From the NCBI GenBank assembly GCA_964344705.1, contig CAYFOG010000002.1, positions 25,502-89,501 of the forward strand: 64,000 nucleotides of DNA, written 5' to 3'. Numbering within the stretch: position 1 is the first letter of the stretch; the number at the start of each line of letters is the position of its first letter. Shown here piece after piece: positions 49,442 to 59,774 of the stretch. Both the position numbers and the translations under genes were made by a program. Origin of the DNA: Candidatus Woesearchaeota archaeon (GTDB taxonomy: Archaea; Nanobdellota; Nanobdellia; UBA10117; ARS21). The notes under the pieces were generated by a model that did no database searches, had not been told where the DNA came from, and saw nothing but the letters and a program-made list of their open reading frames with translations.

Positions 49442-51249
49442 TGTACTCTCTTTTGCTTGAATTTGTCTTTCAGGTTTAGGTGTGGTCTGATTCCCATGGA
49501 TTTTAGTTGTTCAAGTAGCAACTTAAATCCGTAAGCCATTTCAACCTTGGAAACTGTTTCCTTTGGATCGACTACGCTTACAAATCTGTCTGTAAATTGA
49601 TCATATTCTGCAATATCTCCAGAACGGTCTCCGATATTAACTATGTCTTTGTCTGAACTGAATCGTTCTTTCAATAGCAATGAGGATCCGTGAGCAATTA
49701 ATGTGTCTTTTTCCATGTCTCCAAATCGAAGTCCTCCCTCCATTGCTTTACCTGCTGTAGGTTGTCGTGTTAGCAATGCAACTCTTCCTCTTGCTCTAGA
49801 TTGAATCTTGTCTGAAACTTGGTGCTTCAATCTTAGATAATAAATGTTACCTACGAAAATCTTTGCTTCGTAAGCTCTTCCTGTTCTTCCGTCGTACAAA
49901 GTTTCAGTTCCGTTTTCTCTGAAACCCAGTTCTTCCAATTCTTTTCTTAAATCTTCTGAAGGTTCTCCGCTAAATGGAGTTCCGTCAACATATCTGCCGC
50001 TCAAAGCTCCAACTTTTGCTCCGAGAGATTCAATTAAATGAGATACGGTCATACGACGCATACCAAATGGATTAAATAGAATATCTGGTACTGTTCCGGA
50101 AGAACTGAATGGCATGTCTTCAGGATTTGCAATGTGTCCAATAACTCCTTTTTGTCCGTGTCGAGAAGATACTTTGTCTCCAACACCGATTGGTCTTGTA
50201 TCTCGAACTTCAATGTTTACAAGAGGATTACCGTCTTTGGATTCAGTCAATAGAACTTTGGAAACTGTTCCGTGTTCTCCGAACTTGACTTTTACAGATG
50301 TGTCTTTTCTAATGTTTGCTGCTGTACTGAAAGTTTCAAGTCTTGAAAGGAATCTTGGAGGTGAAGTCTTACCCACAAGAACTTCTCCACCAGTTACGTG
50401 AGTTTCTGGACTGATTAATCCATCTGTATCTAGATGTCTGTAATGTCCTTCAGTTGAATATCCTTGAACATCTTTGTCTGGAACTCTGATATCATCAATT
50501 TGACCACCAGGATATCGCCGTCTTTCTGCTGCGTATGGTCGGTAGTGAGAAACTCTTGCAATACCTCTGTCGATGGATGCTCGATTAACTACAACTCCGT
50601 CAGACATGTTGTAACCTTCATAATTTAAGATTGCAATTACAACGTTTTGTCCGCCAGTGATGTGCTCACCGTACATATCTTGAGTGAATGATTTTACGAT
50701 TGGTTTTTGTGTGTAATGAAGAACGTTAACATTTGTGTCCAATCGGTTTAAATAATTTAGAGAATATAGAGAAGTTCCTTGTTGCTGATTCTTTTGTCCT
50801 CGAAGAAGACGTGTTGATGGATTGAAGTTTGCGTATGGAACCATAGATACGTTCATACCAAAAATTACAATTGGATCAATCTCTAAGTGAGTGTGCTTCT
50901 TTGTCAAATCCTTTTCGTTCATAGCAACCAGTGTTGATTCTTCTTCAAGTGCATCAATTTCTTCAACAATTCCTTTTTCAATCAAATCTGTCCAGGTCAT
51001 CTTCCCTGAGCTTAATTCTTCAATGTGTTTATTTGTTAAAAGAGATTTTCCATCTTGAATAATAATTAGTGGTCTTCGAAGTCGGTTTTTGTCAAGTTGA
51101 ATTTGAACTATGTCTTCTTCCGCATTGTAATAAATGTTTAAGTTCTTTGAAAGTTTTCCTGCTCGTCTTTCTTGGATAGTATTTTTTACAAACTTTTCTG
51201 CATCTTTTACAGTTCCGTTTAATACTCCATCAATAAATACGTAACTCAT
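49438..51249 (-). CDS. rpoB1: DNA-directed RNA polymerase subunit B' (C-terminal part of split Rpo2)
   Basis: SRHGQKGVIG, GEMERD-like GDMEKD, and a C-terminal zinc region. 603 aa. ATGA overlaps with both neighbours. Confidence 0.9.
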
Positions 51250-52739
51250 GCTTTAATTTCCTCCAAACCAAGTTTTTGTAGTCCTTTTAGATTTTTGTTA
51301 TATTCAACTTCTTTCAATTCTGTTGTAATTGTTCCAGTTAGTGCAAGAGCTTTTCTCAAACCAATATTCTTACCTTCTGGAGATTCAATTGCGCAAAGTC
51401 TTCCCCAGTGTGTTGGGTGTAGTGCTCGTGCTTCAAAAGATTCTCTGTTTGAATCAAGCAAAGATGTAACTCTTCGAAGTTGGGAAATTGCTGCAATTGG
51501 ATTGTCTCTTTCAAGTCTTTGGGAAACTCCTTGTCTGTTTCCAGTCCAATTTCCAGTTCCCATTGCTGACCGAATCTTTTCAGTCATGAACTTTGATCTT
51601 ACTAGCGATGCAATTGGAATTATTTTTCCTCGTCTAACACCTCGAGTGAAAATGTAAATTATATCGTTCTTCAAACCTTTGAAGTTTGTTCGGAACAAGT
51701 CTTCAAGAAGATCTCCAGACATTCGAATTCTTTTATTCATGTAATGGTCCTTATCATCTGGTTGAATTGTTTCTTCTCTAAGAAGTATAATTTTACGAAT
51801 CATTTGTGCAAGGAAATATGCTTTGTTCATTCTTGCTTTCTTGTCTGTTCCTAAGTGAGGTAAAAAGATTGTGTCAAGAATGGATTCAACTTTCTGAAGC
51901 TTTCTGTCTTTTGGAAGCGCAATTTGTAAACTCTTTGAAATAAATTCTTTAGCTTCTTCTTGAGTTGTTACGCTCATGAATTCAACCAAGTTAATATAGA
52001 GGTCTTCAGGGATTTCTTTGAATCCGACTGCTTCCGCGATATCTTTGTCTTTGGTCATTCCCAAAGCTTTCAAAATTACTGTGAATGGAACTTTCTTTAC
52101 ATTACTGAAACTTGTTTGAAATATTCCTTCCTTTGTTCGTTCAACTGTGTGTGAGATTTTGTAAGTGTCAATTGCTGAGAAAACTTTTGCAATGTGTGTA
52201 ACCGGTCCTGTCTTTTCTTTGTTAACTGTGATTTGATTTGGAGCCAAGTCTTCAAGCAAAACTAATGCTCGCTCAGTTCCGTTTACAATGAAATATCCTC
52301 CAGGATCCATTGGATCTTCTCCAGCTTCAATCATTTCATCTTGAGTTAATGTTGATAAGTAACAAAGTTTTGATTGGATCATTACTGGAATTTCTGCGAT
52401 TTGAACTTCTGCTCTATCTCTTTCTTTTCCGTCAACAATCAATGCAATCTCCAAGAATACTGGTGCAGAATAAGTAAGATTTCTCATTCGTGCTTCAGCA
52501 GGATAAAGCGGTCTCTCGGAACCGTCTGCTTCAATTATAACTGGCTTTCTTAAAGATAATTCAGAAAATTCAAACTTAACTTCTTCATGTTCGGCAGGCA
52601 TAACTGCCGGCATAAGTTCTTTTTGAGAATCGACAATTTTTTGCATTCTCCAGTCGACAAAGGAGTTGTAAGAATCGATATTACTTTTTACGAATCGGTG
52701 TTCTTCAAAGAATTTTTTGATGAGAATTTGTTTGTTCAT
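51246..52739 (-). CDS. rpoB2: DNA-directed RNA polymerase subunit B'' (N-terminal part of split Rpo2)
   Basis: 497 aa N-terminal Rpb2 homology (protrusion/lobe/fork). ATG at 52739 overlaps the rpoH stop. Confidence 0.9.
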   Translation of the reverse strand: MNKQILIKKFFEEHRFVKSNIDSYNSFVDWRMQKIVDSQKELMPAVMPAEHEEVKFEFSELSLRKPVIIEADGSERPLYPAEARMRNLTYSAPVFLEIALIVDGKERDRAEVQIAEIPVMIQSKLCYLSTLTQDEMIEAGEDPMDPGGYFIVNGTERALVLLEDLAPNQITVNKEKTGPVTHIAKVFSAIDTYKISHTVERTKEGIFQTSFSNVKKVPFTVILKALGMTKDKDIAEAVGFKEIPEDLYINLVEFMSVTTQEEAKEFISKSLQIALPKDRKLQKVESILDTIFLPHLGTDKKARMNKAYFLAQMIRKIILLREETIQPDDKDHYMNKRIRMSGDLLEDLFRTNFKGLKNDIIYIFTRGVRRGKIIPIASLVRSKFMTEKIRSAMGTGNWTGNRQGVSQRLERDNPIAAISQLRRVTSLLDSNRESFEARALHPTHWGRLCAIESPEGKNIGLRKALALTGTITTELKEVEYNKNLKGLQKLGLEEIKA

Positions 52740-52987
52740 GCTGATACAATCCTCCGATAATATTTGTGCTTTCCAGTAACTTCAGAAAATCTTTCAATTT
52801 CAATAATATTGCCAACCTCGGCGTTTAGCTGTTTGGCCATTGGATCCTTAACGGACATTGAAGGTAATTGGTAAGGAGAAATTTTGTATTGTTCTAGAAG
52901 AGCCTTAGCAGACTTTTCGTCTAGAAGCTTGTGCTTTGGAATTAGCACATGTTTAGAAATATCTAGTTGAACCGGTTTTTTAGCCAA
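52736..52987 (-). CDS. rpoH: DNA-directed RNA polymerase subunit H (Rpo5)
   Basis: 83 aa. HVLIPKHKLLDEKSAKALLEQYKISPYQLPSMSVKDPMAKQ matches RpoH. The apparent start codon at 52985-52987 is TTG, not ATG. Confidence 0.75.
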   Translation of the reverse strand: MAKKPVQLDISKHVLIPKHKLLDEKSAKALLEQYKISPYQLPSMSVKDPMAKQLNAEVGNIIEIERFSEVTGKHKYYRRIVSA

Positions 52988-53321
52988 ATTATTACCTCAC
53001 GATGACTTAGTTTCTTGAAAAGTTATTTTTATTAACCTTTCTGTTGCGAATAAATTAAGCCCTCGTAATTTATTTTTGAACAGTTTTGTTTATAAAAGTA
53101 TCGATTAGAACAGAGAAGAGATTAAATATAAGTGTCACGAACTTTGAGAGGTTCATCCGAACACTTTTACTAATATTACTGCGACTATAAAATATTTTAT
53201 TGGTTTTGATAGTATTACAAATGCCCAAAACTTCTTGCTCTTTAGAAGGCGTCTATTAAATTCTTCAATTTTTTCTAAAGTTAGCATAAGTTTGTTTGTG
53301 TTTTAATGGTTAAAAGCTTGT

Positions 53322-54290
53322 CTAAATGATTCCAACTGAATATGTTTTGTAAAGTGCATAGACAATATATGATCCAATCATTGTAGCTGCTCCAAGCTTG
53401 TTGAGCTTCTTGTCTTTTTGGAACAATAGGAGAAGCCCTGCTGAGACTATAAACCAAAATGGAATATCAAAGTTTACCAAACTTCTTGAAATTGGGTTAT
53501 CAACAATCATTGCTCCAATTCCCAAAGCCATCATTGGATTAGTTATATTGGATCCAATGAGCACTCCGAGTGAAAGATCTCTGGATTTTTTCAATATTCC
53601 CATTACTGCAGTTGTAAACTCTGGAAGTGCAGTTGCAAATCCGATTATTAGGAGTCCGAAAAAGGACTGCTCTATTCCTAGAGAATTTGAAAATCTTAGC
53701 GTTGTGTCAACCACTGCGTTTGCGGAGAATTGAAGTATTGCTAATCCAAATAAAATTATTATAAAGTGGAGTGTGAAATTCTTGAAATGTTTGTGAGTCC
53801 ATTTTGTTTTCCTCGAAATAATTTCTTCGAGTTTTTCCTCTCGAGTGTATAAATAGAAAAGGTAGCCTAGATATGCAAAGAATAATATTGCGCCTTCGAT
53901 TTGAGAAATTACTCCGTTGAGTCCCATTAGAAATAACATTGCGATTGATGCGAGCATAACTAGTCCGTCTCGATGTTGTACTGATTTCGAGGATTTGATT
54001 TTTGTTATTAATCCAAGTATTCCCAAAATTAGAGTTATCTGAACGATGTTGGAACCTATGTTTGTTCCAATTGCTATGTTTGATGCGGCTTCTCCAGCAA
54101 GCTCTTTGATGCTGGCGTTTATGTGTGTAAATATTTCTGGAAGTGAGGTTCCAATTGATAGGATTGTTAGTCCGACGAAGAGTTTAGAAATTTTGAGTTG
54201 CTTGGCTATGACTAATGCGTGATCAACTACCGTATGTGCTCCATACCAAATTCCAATCAATCCTGCCAGAAAGATTAGTAATTCTGCCAT
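53322..54290 (-). CDS. Na+/Ca2+ exchanger (CaCA family, YrbG-like)
   Basis: Two alpha-repeat signatures, GTSLPEIFT and ATALPEFTT. 322 aa, about 10 TM helices. Confidence 0.75.
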   Translation of the reverse strand: MAELLIFLAGLIGIWYGAHTVVDHALVIAKQLKISKLFVGLTILSIGTSLPEIFTHINASIKELAGEAASNIAIGTNIGSNIVQITLILGILGLITKIKSSKSVQHRDGLVMLASIAMLFLMGLNGVISQIEGAILFFAYLGYLFYLYTREEKLEEIISRKTKWTHKHFKNFTLHFIIILFGLAILQFSANAVVDTTLRFSNSLGIEQSFFGLLIIGFATALPEFTTAVMGILKKSRDLSLGVLIGSNITNPMMALGIGAMIVDNPISRSLVNFDIPFWFIVSAGLLLLFQKDKKLNKLGAATMIGSYIVYALYKTYSVGII

Positions 54291-54349
54291 AAGTAGTTAT
54301 GTTACTCTAGAATAAAAAGATTAATATTTGAAGAGTTGATTTTTTACAC

Positions 54350-54553
54350 ATGAAAGAGGTTGAGGTTATAAAACGTATAAAGTCAATTGAGGAAACTGGA
54401 GGATATCGTGCCGCATATCATATGGCTGCGAATGATCCTGAGCAGCATCTTGTAGATCAATTGAATTCTTACGTTCAACAGTTGGCTGAAGATGAGAGTG
54501 TTAGTATTTCTGAGGCAAGTGAGATTCTAGTGAGCTGGACTGCGCGTCATTAA
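54350..54553 (+). CDS. Hypothetical small acidic protein (67 aa)
   Basis: ORF upstream of tRNA-Asp. Confidence 0.3.
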   Translation: MKEVEVIKRIKSIEETGGYRAAYHMAANDPEQHLVDQLNSYVQQLAEDESVSISEASEILVSWTARH

Positions 54554-54601
54554 GTCTGTCAACGTAAAGCTTATAAATGAAATAATTTACCATGGATTTA
54601 T

Positions 54602-54676
54602 GCCCGTGTGGTGTAGTTTGGTCTATCATACAAGCTTGTCACGCTTGTGACTCGTGTTCAAATCACGGCGCGGGCG
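54602..54676 (+). tRNA. tRNA-Asp (anticodon GTC)
   Basis: Acceptor GCCCGTG/CGCGGGC. D region TGGTGTAGTTTGGTCTATCAT. Anticodon stem CAAGC/GCTTG with loop TTGTCAC. T arm TCGTG-TTCAAAT-CACGG. Discriminator G. Confidence 0.85.
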
Positions 54677-54945
54677 CTTATATTTCCACTAAAGAAATTG
54701 TTATAAACTATCTTTCGCTATCATTTTTATGGTAGAATTATCATTTTATGACGTCAAGTCAAAATCAAAATTTACAACCAGTGATTTTGAAGTCAGAGAA
54801 AAGAACGGAAGATACTTTGCTGTTTGTAAGTCTCCTGCAAAAGGTGCAACTCACGAATGCTGGAGAATTCTTTCCAAGAAACAAGCTGAAGAATTGAAAT
54901 AGTCTTCTCTCCTTTTTGTCCAAGCATAAGCATTTTATATAGCTC

Positions 54946-55236
54946 TTGGTGGGTGAAAATATGGTAAAGCCGCGCAAAGCTCACGAGGACGCGTTTAATG
55001 CGCGAGTTTCTGAATATTTTATTAACTTAATTGATAATTTTGGTGTGAGTGATCCAGAAGCCAGTGCAGCAGATATTGTTCATTATCTTGGACACAACAA
55101 TTATGCTTATACTCCAACAATCCCGGAGATGAAAACCAAACTGAAAAGACATCCAGATTTACAACACATTAAAGGAACTAAACGACCTAAGAAATATGTC
55201 TATCGGCCAAAGGACGCCCTTGAGGAAAGATTGTAA
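54946..55236 (+). CDS. Hypothetical small basic protein (96 aa; alternative start at 54961)
   Basis: ORF. Possible helix-turn-helix character, but no firm motif. Confidence 0.4.
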   Translation: MVGENMVKPRKAHEDAFNARVSEYFINLIDNFGVSDPEASAADIVHYLGHNNYAYTPTIPEMKTKLKRHPDLQHIKGTKRPKKYVYRPKDALEERL

Positions 55237-55278
55237 TTTCGATAGCTTAATATACTCTTATTTTTAAGAAATTTTGCG

Positions 55279-55749
55279 ATGGATGATTACGAAAAATTGA
55301 GAAATGAAGTTAAAGAAGTTTTAAGTGAATCAGAAGAAGTTATTGCTGGAATCAAGGCATTTCATTGTGGAGATATTGTAAATATTATTTATTCCTGTTC
55401 TGAACAACTTGGACGTGTATATACAAGTCCGGGTAACCTCGAAATGTCTCATGATGAGAAGAGAATTATGGCTGAGAATATGATTAACGAGTCTATGGAA
55501 GCTATTCTTGATGTGTCTCGGCTTGGTTTGACTTATACTGTAGATAGCACTGCGATGTTAATGTTACGTGAACGTGCTGATGAATTACGCACTTCTAAAG
55601 TATCTGGTCCAGGTCTTGAAACTGTTTTGAAGCATTATTCAAGAGATATTAGAAACTTGGCAGATTATGTTAATAAATCTAGAGATTTGAATATTAATGG
55701 TGATTCAGATCTTGGAGATACTCCGAGTTATGAGTATGAAGAAGAATAA
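55279..55749 (+). CDS. Hypothetical acidic protein (156 aa)
   Basis: ORF with a very acidic C-terminus. Confidence 0.45.
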   Translation: MDDYEKLRNEVKEVLSESEEVIAGIKAFHCGDIVNIIYSCSEQLGRVYTSPGNLEMSHDEKRIMAENMINESMEAILDVSRLGLTYTVDSTAMLMLRERADELRTSKVSGPGLETVLKHYSRDIRNLADYVNKSRDLNINGDSDLGDTPSYEYEEE

Positions 55750-55799
55750 TCGCTATACTCAACAAAGTTTTTTAATGAGTACTGTGTATAATTGAATTT

Positions 55800-56186
55800 G
55801 TGAGAGATACAGACTATAAAGAGCAGATTAGAATCAAACGTGAAAATATGCTTCCAAAGGAGGATGTTGTTTTTAATTTGGTTGCAAGCGAGCCTAGAAC
55901 TCTTGGTCAAATAAAAAATGCATTAGTTACTCACGGTCATACTGGTTCGGATAGCTCGCGAAAAGTTAGAACTTTGCTTGATCGCCTTGGAATTGTTAAA
56001 TTTCCGTTTATGTGTTCTCCAGATAAGGAAGGAAACAAGGAAACTTGGGGCTGGAAATATGGTTTGTTGGATAGAATTTTAGAAGATTTTAACAACGCTC
56101 CAGATGACTGTAGTTATATTAATCGAACTTCTTGGTATCTCCGACAAACTCTTGGAGATATTTTTTATCGCGCCTTGGAACAATGA
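55800..56186 (+). CDS. Putative winged-helix DNA-binding protein (128 aa)
   Basis: VFNLVASEPRTLGQIKNALVTHGHTGSDSSRKVRTLLDRLGIV looks like an H2-H3-wing pattern. Stop overlaps the start of the EEP gene (ATGA). Confidence 0.4.
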   Translation: MRDTDYKEQIRIKRENMLPKEDVVFNLVASEPRTLGQIKNALVTHGHTGSDSSRKVRTLLDRLGIVKFPFMCSPDKEGNKETWGWKYGLLDRILEDFNNAPDDCSYINRTSWYLRQTLGDIFYRALEQ

Positions 56187-56842
56187 AAGTATTAAACTGG
56201 AATACTCACCCGAATAATAATCGAACTTCTCAGGCGTTAGATATGTTTGATGATTTATCTCCGGACGTTATAACTTTGCAAGAAGTTTCTCCAGGATTTT
56301 TTGATGAACTTGAATTATATGCGCACGATAATTCCTTGCATATTGACAGAACTTTGGATTGGATACGTAAAGAGACACCTTATTATTTAGTGACTATGCT
56401 GGGATCCTCTGCAATTTCTCAGAGTGTTCCTTATGAAATTAGAAGGAATGGTCTGGTCGCTAGATCAATTGGGTGGCAGGAAACTTTGAATTTTTCAGTT
56501 TCAACCTCGGAACATCAGACGGTTCTTAATGGTCATTTGGAACATCATGCTGGTCCAATAACGCGGAGGAAGCAATTGAATGAAATGCTATCTTATTTGA
56601 GTGGGGGAACAAATGTTATGGGTGTTGACTTGAATCAATGGTTTCCTTTTGAGAAAGGAAGAAATGCAAGATTGTTGAAGAAATATAATTTGACGGACAT
56701 TGTTAAGGGAGGAACGATTGGAAATGGATTATGCCTTGATGGAATCATCGTTAGTGAAGATCTAGCTCAAAGAGATTATGATTTTGAGAAGCAAGGGCGC
56801 TGTGGTTCTGATCATTATCCTCTTTTTGTTGAATTTTATTAG
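56183..56842 (+). CDS. Endonuclease/exonuclease/phosphatase (EEP) family protein
   Basis: Start at MKVLNWN (typical EEP N-terminus). TLQEV, and the terminal GSDHYPLFVEF (SDHxP catalytic His motif). Confidence 0.7.
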   Translation: MKVLNWNTHPNNNRTSQALDMFDDLSPDVITLQEVSPGFFDELELYAHDNSLHIDRTLDWIRKETPYYLVTMLGSSAISQSVPYEIRRNGLVARSIGWQETLNFSVSTSEHQTVLNGHLEHHAGPITRRKQLNEMLSYLSGGTNVMGVDLNQWFPFEKGRNARLLKKYNLTDIVKGGTIGNGLCLDGIIVSEDLAQRDYDFEKQGRCGSDHYPLFVEFY

Positions 56843-56883
56843 CTAGAATTATTGCTAAGTGAAACCCTTATAACCGTTGAATA

Positions 56884-57324
56884 TTGGGAATTTATATGGT
56901 TACAGATAGACTCGAGCCTCCAGTAACTCGTAAATCCCTTACTAATGCAATTGTTAAGGCTGTTGGCATGTCTGAAGAAGAATATGTTTCAGCGGAAGCT
57001 ATGGCTGACCATTTATTGGGTTTCTTTGGATATCAGGATCGAGTTATTGATAATCTACTAGAACCTACAGACAGAAATGTTTTTTACCAATTTCAAGATT
57101 TGGGGATTCTTGCTTCTGAGAGTGAGGAAACCGAGTTATGGGATGGTCGAGAATGGCGAATTCATTACTGGAAAATTAAAACTGACCGAGTGTTGAATTC
57201 TGACTTCTTTGATAAAGGAGAAGTGCTTGATGAGGTTGTTGATATTTATTCTCAATTATCCGATGAATGTTGGGGAATTGAGACTTACAATGATGATGAT
57301 TCTTGGCTTCCGCCTGAGGAATAA
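56884..57324 (+). CDS. Hypothetical acidic protein (146 aa)
   Basis: ORF between the EEP and helicase genes, same strand. Confidence 0.45.
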   Translation: MGIYMVTDRLEPPVTRKSLTNAIVKAVGMSEEEYVSAEAMADHLLGFFGYQDRVIDNLLEPTDRNVFYQFQDLGILASESEETELWDGREWRIHYWKIKTDRVLNSDFFDKGEVLDEVVDIYSQLSDECWGIETYNDDDSWLPPEE

Positions 57325-57391
57325 TTTGATTAATACTAGACATCCGACAAATCAAATAAACCATTATAAATTAAGTCAGTAGTTTATTTTT

Positions 57392-59476
57392 GTGGAATTG
57401 TTTGTATTATTCAAATCATATTTAGAAGTTCTTCGTGAACATCACGCTTCAATTAATTCAGGTCGTAGAAGTTATGGTGAAGTTAGTTCTGTTGAAGATT
57501 TTGGGAACTATTTGATTGTTGGAATTAAGTTGATTGACCGCAAGGTTAAATTTCAGTCATCGGAACGAGTTTTGGTTGACGAAGGTGATGCGATTGTTGA
57601 ACACTATCGAAAGGGAAAATATTATTTCAGAGTTCGCCCAGATGTTGATTTTTCTCAAGGTTCAAAAGTATTAGTTAGTTCAACTTCGGATTTGGTTTTC
57701 TTGGTTGACAATATGTTGAAGAATCTTGATGATGTTGAAAAATCTAAAGAATACTCTGATTTTGTTGAGAATCTTTATTCTGAAGAAAATAATGAAGCTT
57801 GGCAAATTGAAAGTATTGGGACTCTTGTTGGAAATGGTTTTACTGAAAGTCAGAGTGCAGTTATTTCAACTGCATTGAGTTTGTTGAATTTGGAGAAGGG
57901 TCTTGTTCCAGTTGAAGGTCCGGGAGGTTCTGGAAAGACAGAATGTATTGCGGAGATTTGTAAGCAGTGTATTAAATTGAAGAAACGCGTTTTGGTTTGT
58001 TCTGCTACAAATCTGGCTATTGATAATGTTTTGAGTAAGCTTCTTGATGAGGATGGTGTTTTGAGAATCGGTTCTGACACTTCTATTGAACGTCCTGAGG
58101 TGAAAAAATTTTCATTGAAAAATAAATTGGGAAAGAAATTTGATTATGATGAAATTGTTAGCGAGTCTTTTGTAATTGGTTCTACAATTGATTCCGCAGG
58201 AATTCATTTGAAACAGGAAGAGTTTGATTTGGTTATTATTGATGAAGCTTCCACGGTTGAGCTTCCTAAACTTTTGATTGCATTGATGAAAAGTAAACGA
58301 GTTTTGGTTTGTGGAGATACTCAACAATTAAGTCAGTTTATTGAACAGCGAGTTTTGGAGAAACTTGGTGCCGAAATTCCTGAAGAGGAATTAATTACTT
58401 TGCAGCGTTCTCCGTTTGATCTGATTTCCAAAAAATGGGCTTCGGTTGAAAAGACTCTGTACTTGCGAGATAATTTCAGAAATTCTAAACAGGTCTTTGA
58501 ATTCATTAATGAAAATTTTTATGAGGGCCGGATGCTCTTTAAGTCGGGCCGTGAGTTTGATGGACGGAAAGCAAAGTCGCTTCCTGAAGTTTCAAAGGCA
58601 GATGAAATAACTTGGATTGTTCCACACAATTCTGATTTAGAGTTAGAGAATCGTGGAATATTTAATCCGGTTAAATTCTCAAACGGATTTAGAAATTCAT
58701 ATTTTAATTATGGAAATTTAATATTGGTTGTGACAATGCTTAAGGAATTGTTGAAGACTTATTCTCCAAAAGAGATTGGAATTATTTCTCCGTTCAATGC
58801 TCAAGTTTCTTTGATGCGTGAGTTCATTATTCGATTTCCAGAATATATTTTGGATAGAAAATACAAAGACGAATTAGAAAAGACTAAGCTTGGATTTTAT
58901 TTATTAAACAGTTTGAACATTAATACAATTAACAAGTTTCAGGGTCAGGAAAGAGATGCAGTAATTTTTGACTTTACAAGTAATGCAGATTTTCTTTTTA
59001 GAGATTATAAGAAGCTAAATGTTGTCCTTGGTCGTTCAAAAAAGCAAATCATTTTGGTTGGTCTTCCTCCGCGGAGCCCAGTTTATCAGAATTTGTTTGA
59101 AGCATCTACAACTTATGGAGATGTTGATTTGGCCGAGTATTCTCTGGCGTTTACTATGAATGATGAAGATGTTGCTGAATTCAAGCGTGTTCGTGATTTG
59201 GTTTTATCAATAAAGGATTCAGATTTTTCACCGCGAGATATTGAGGAACACCTAAAGAAAGAACTTGTAAATACTGTTGTTGAAAAATATAAGAAGGATG
59301 TTGCTGTTTTTGGATTAGGTAAGGCAATTAATGACGTAGTTTCTGACACGTTGCGGGAGTTTTTTTCCATGGAAGTTGTTGATGACAAAACTTATGATAC
59401 ATTAGATAATGAAATTGATTTGAAAGTTAAAGAACTTATTCATCAGAAAAAACAAGGACCTTTGTTTGGATTTTAA
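57392..59476 (+). CDS. Superfamily-1 (Upf1/DNA2-like) helicase with N-terminal beta-rich domain
   Basis: Motif I GPGGSGKT. Motif II IIDEAS. Motif III VLVCGDTQQLSQF. Motif V NKFQGQERDAVIFDF. Motif VI VVLGRSKKQIILVG. 694 aa. Confidence 0.75.
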   Translation: MELFVLFKSYLEVLREHHASINSGRRSYGEVSSVEDFGNYLIVGIKLIDRKVKFQSSERVLVDEGDAIVEHYRKGKYYFRVRPDVDFSQGSKVLVSSTSDLVFLVDNMLKNLDDVEKSKEYSDFVENLYSEENNEAWQIESIGTLVGNGFTESQSAVISTALSLLNLEKGLVPVEGPGGSGKTECIAEICKQCIKLKKRVLVCSATNLAIDNVLSKLLDEDGVLRIGSDTSIERPEVKKFSLKNKLGKKFDYDEIVSESFVIGSTIDSAGIHLKQEEFDLVIIDEASTVELPKLLIALMKSKRVLVCGDTQQLSQFIEQRVLEKLGAEIPEEELITLQRSPFDLISKKWASVEKTLYLRDNFRNSKQVFEFINENFYEGRMLFKSGREFDGRKAKSLPEVSKADEITWIVPHNSDLELENRGIFNPVKFSNGFRNSYFNYGNLILVVTMLKELLKTYSPKEIGIISPFNAQVSLMREFIIRFPEYILDRKYKDELEKTKLGFYLLNSLNINTINKFQGQERDAVIFDFTSNADFLFRDYKKLNVVLGRSKKQIILVGLPPRSPVYQNLFEASTTYGDVDLAEYSLAFTMNDEDVAEFKRVRDLVLSIKDSDFSPRDIEEHLKKELVNTVVEKYKKDVAVFGLGKAINDVVSDTLREFFSMEVVDDKTYDTLDNEIDLKVKELIHQKKQGPLFGF

Positions 59477-59484
59477 AAAATATA

Positions 59485-59512
59485 ATGCCCCGGCAAGGGG
59501 CATACGTTTTTA
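59485..59512. terminator. Hairpin ATGCCCC-GGCAA-GGGGCAT followed by a T-tract, between convergent genes
   Basis: Perfect 7-bp GC-rich stem immediately after the helicase stop, then ACGTTTTTA. Archaeal terminators are oligo-T based. Confidence 0.4.
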
Positions 59513-59518
59513 TCGAGA

Positions 59519-59692
59519 TTATAAATCTCGTGACTGAACTGTCTTTCTACCGTTTGCTTGTGCGCGTGTTACTGCATCTTTTACAAGAGCAGATACTCTT
59601 TCGCTAAGTGCGTCAGAGAAATCTCCAGCACAGTTGCATCCGGAATCTCGGACAGCCTGTCTAACTGCGTTTTGTACAACTAATCTTGCCAT
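59519..59692 (-). CDS. Candidate 57-aa histone-fold protein; not in the ORF track because it is under 60 aa
   Basis: Minus-strand ATG at 59692 to TAA at 59519 gives MARLVVQNAVRQAVRDSGCNCAGDFSDALSERVSALVKDAVTRAQANGRKTVQSRDL. The ...ANGRKTVQSRDL segment matches the histone-fold L2/alpha3 signature (archaeal HMf ...ARHAGRKTIKAEDIELA). Confidence 0.4.
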   Translation of the reverse strand: MARLVVQNAVRQAVRDSGCNCAGDFSDALSERVSALVKDAVTRAQANGRKTVQSRDL

Positions 59693-59774
59693 AAACCATG
59701 GTATAGGCGCTGATTTAAAAGCTTTTTGAGTACAGAGCTCAGAAAGGTATTTTATAAGGGTTTCAAGAGCGTTT

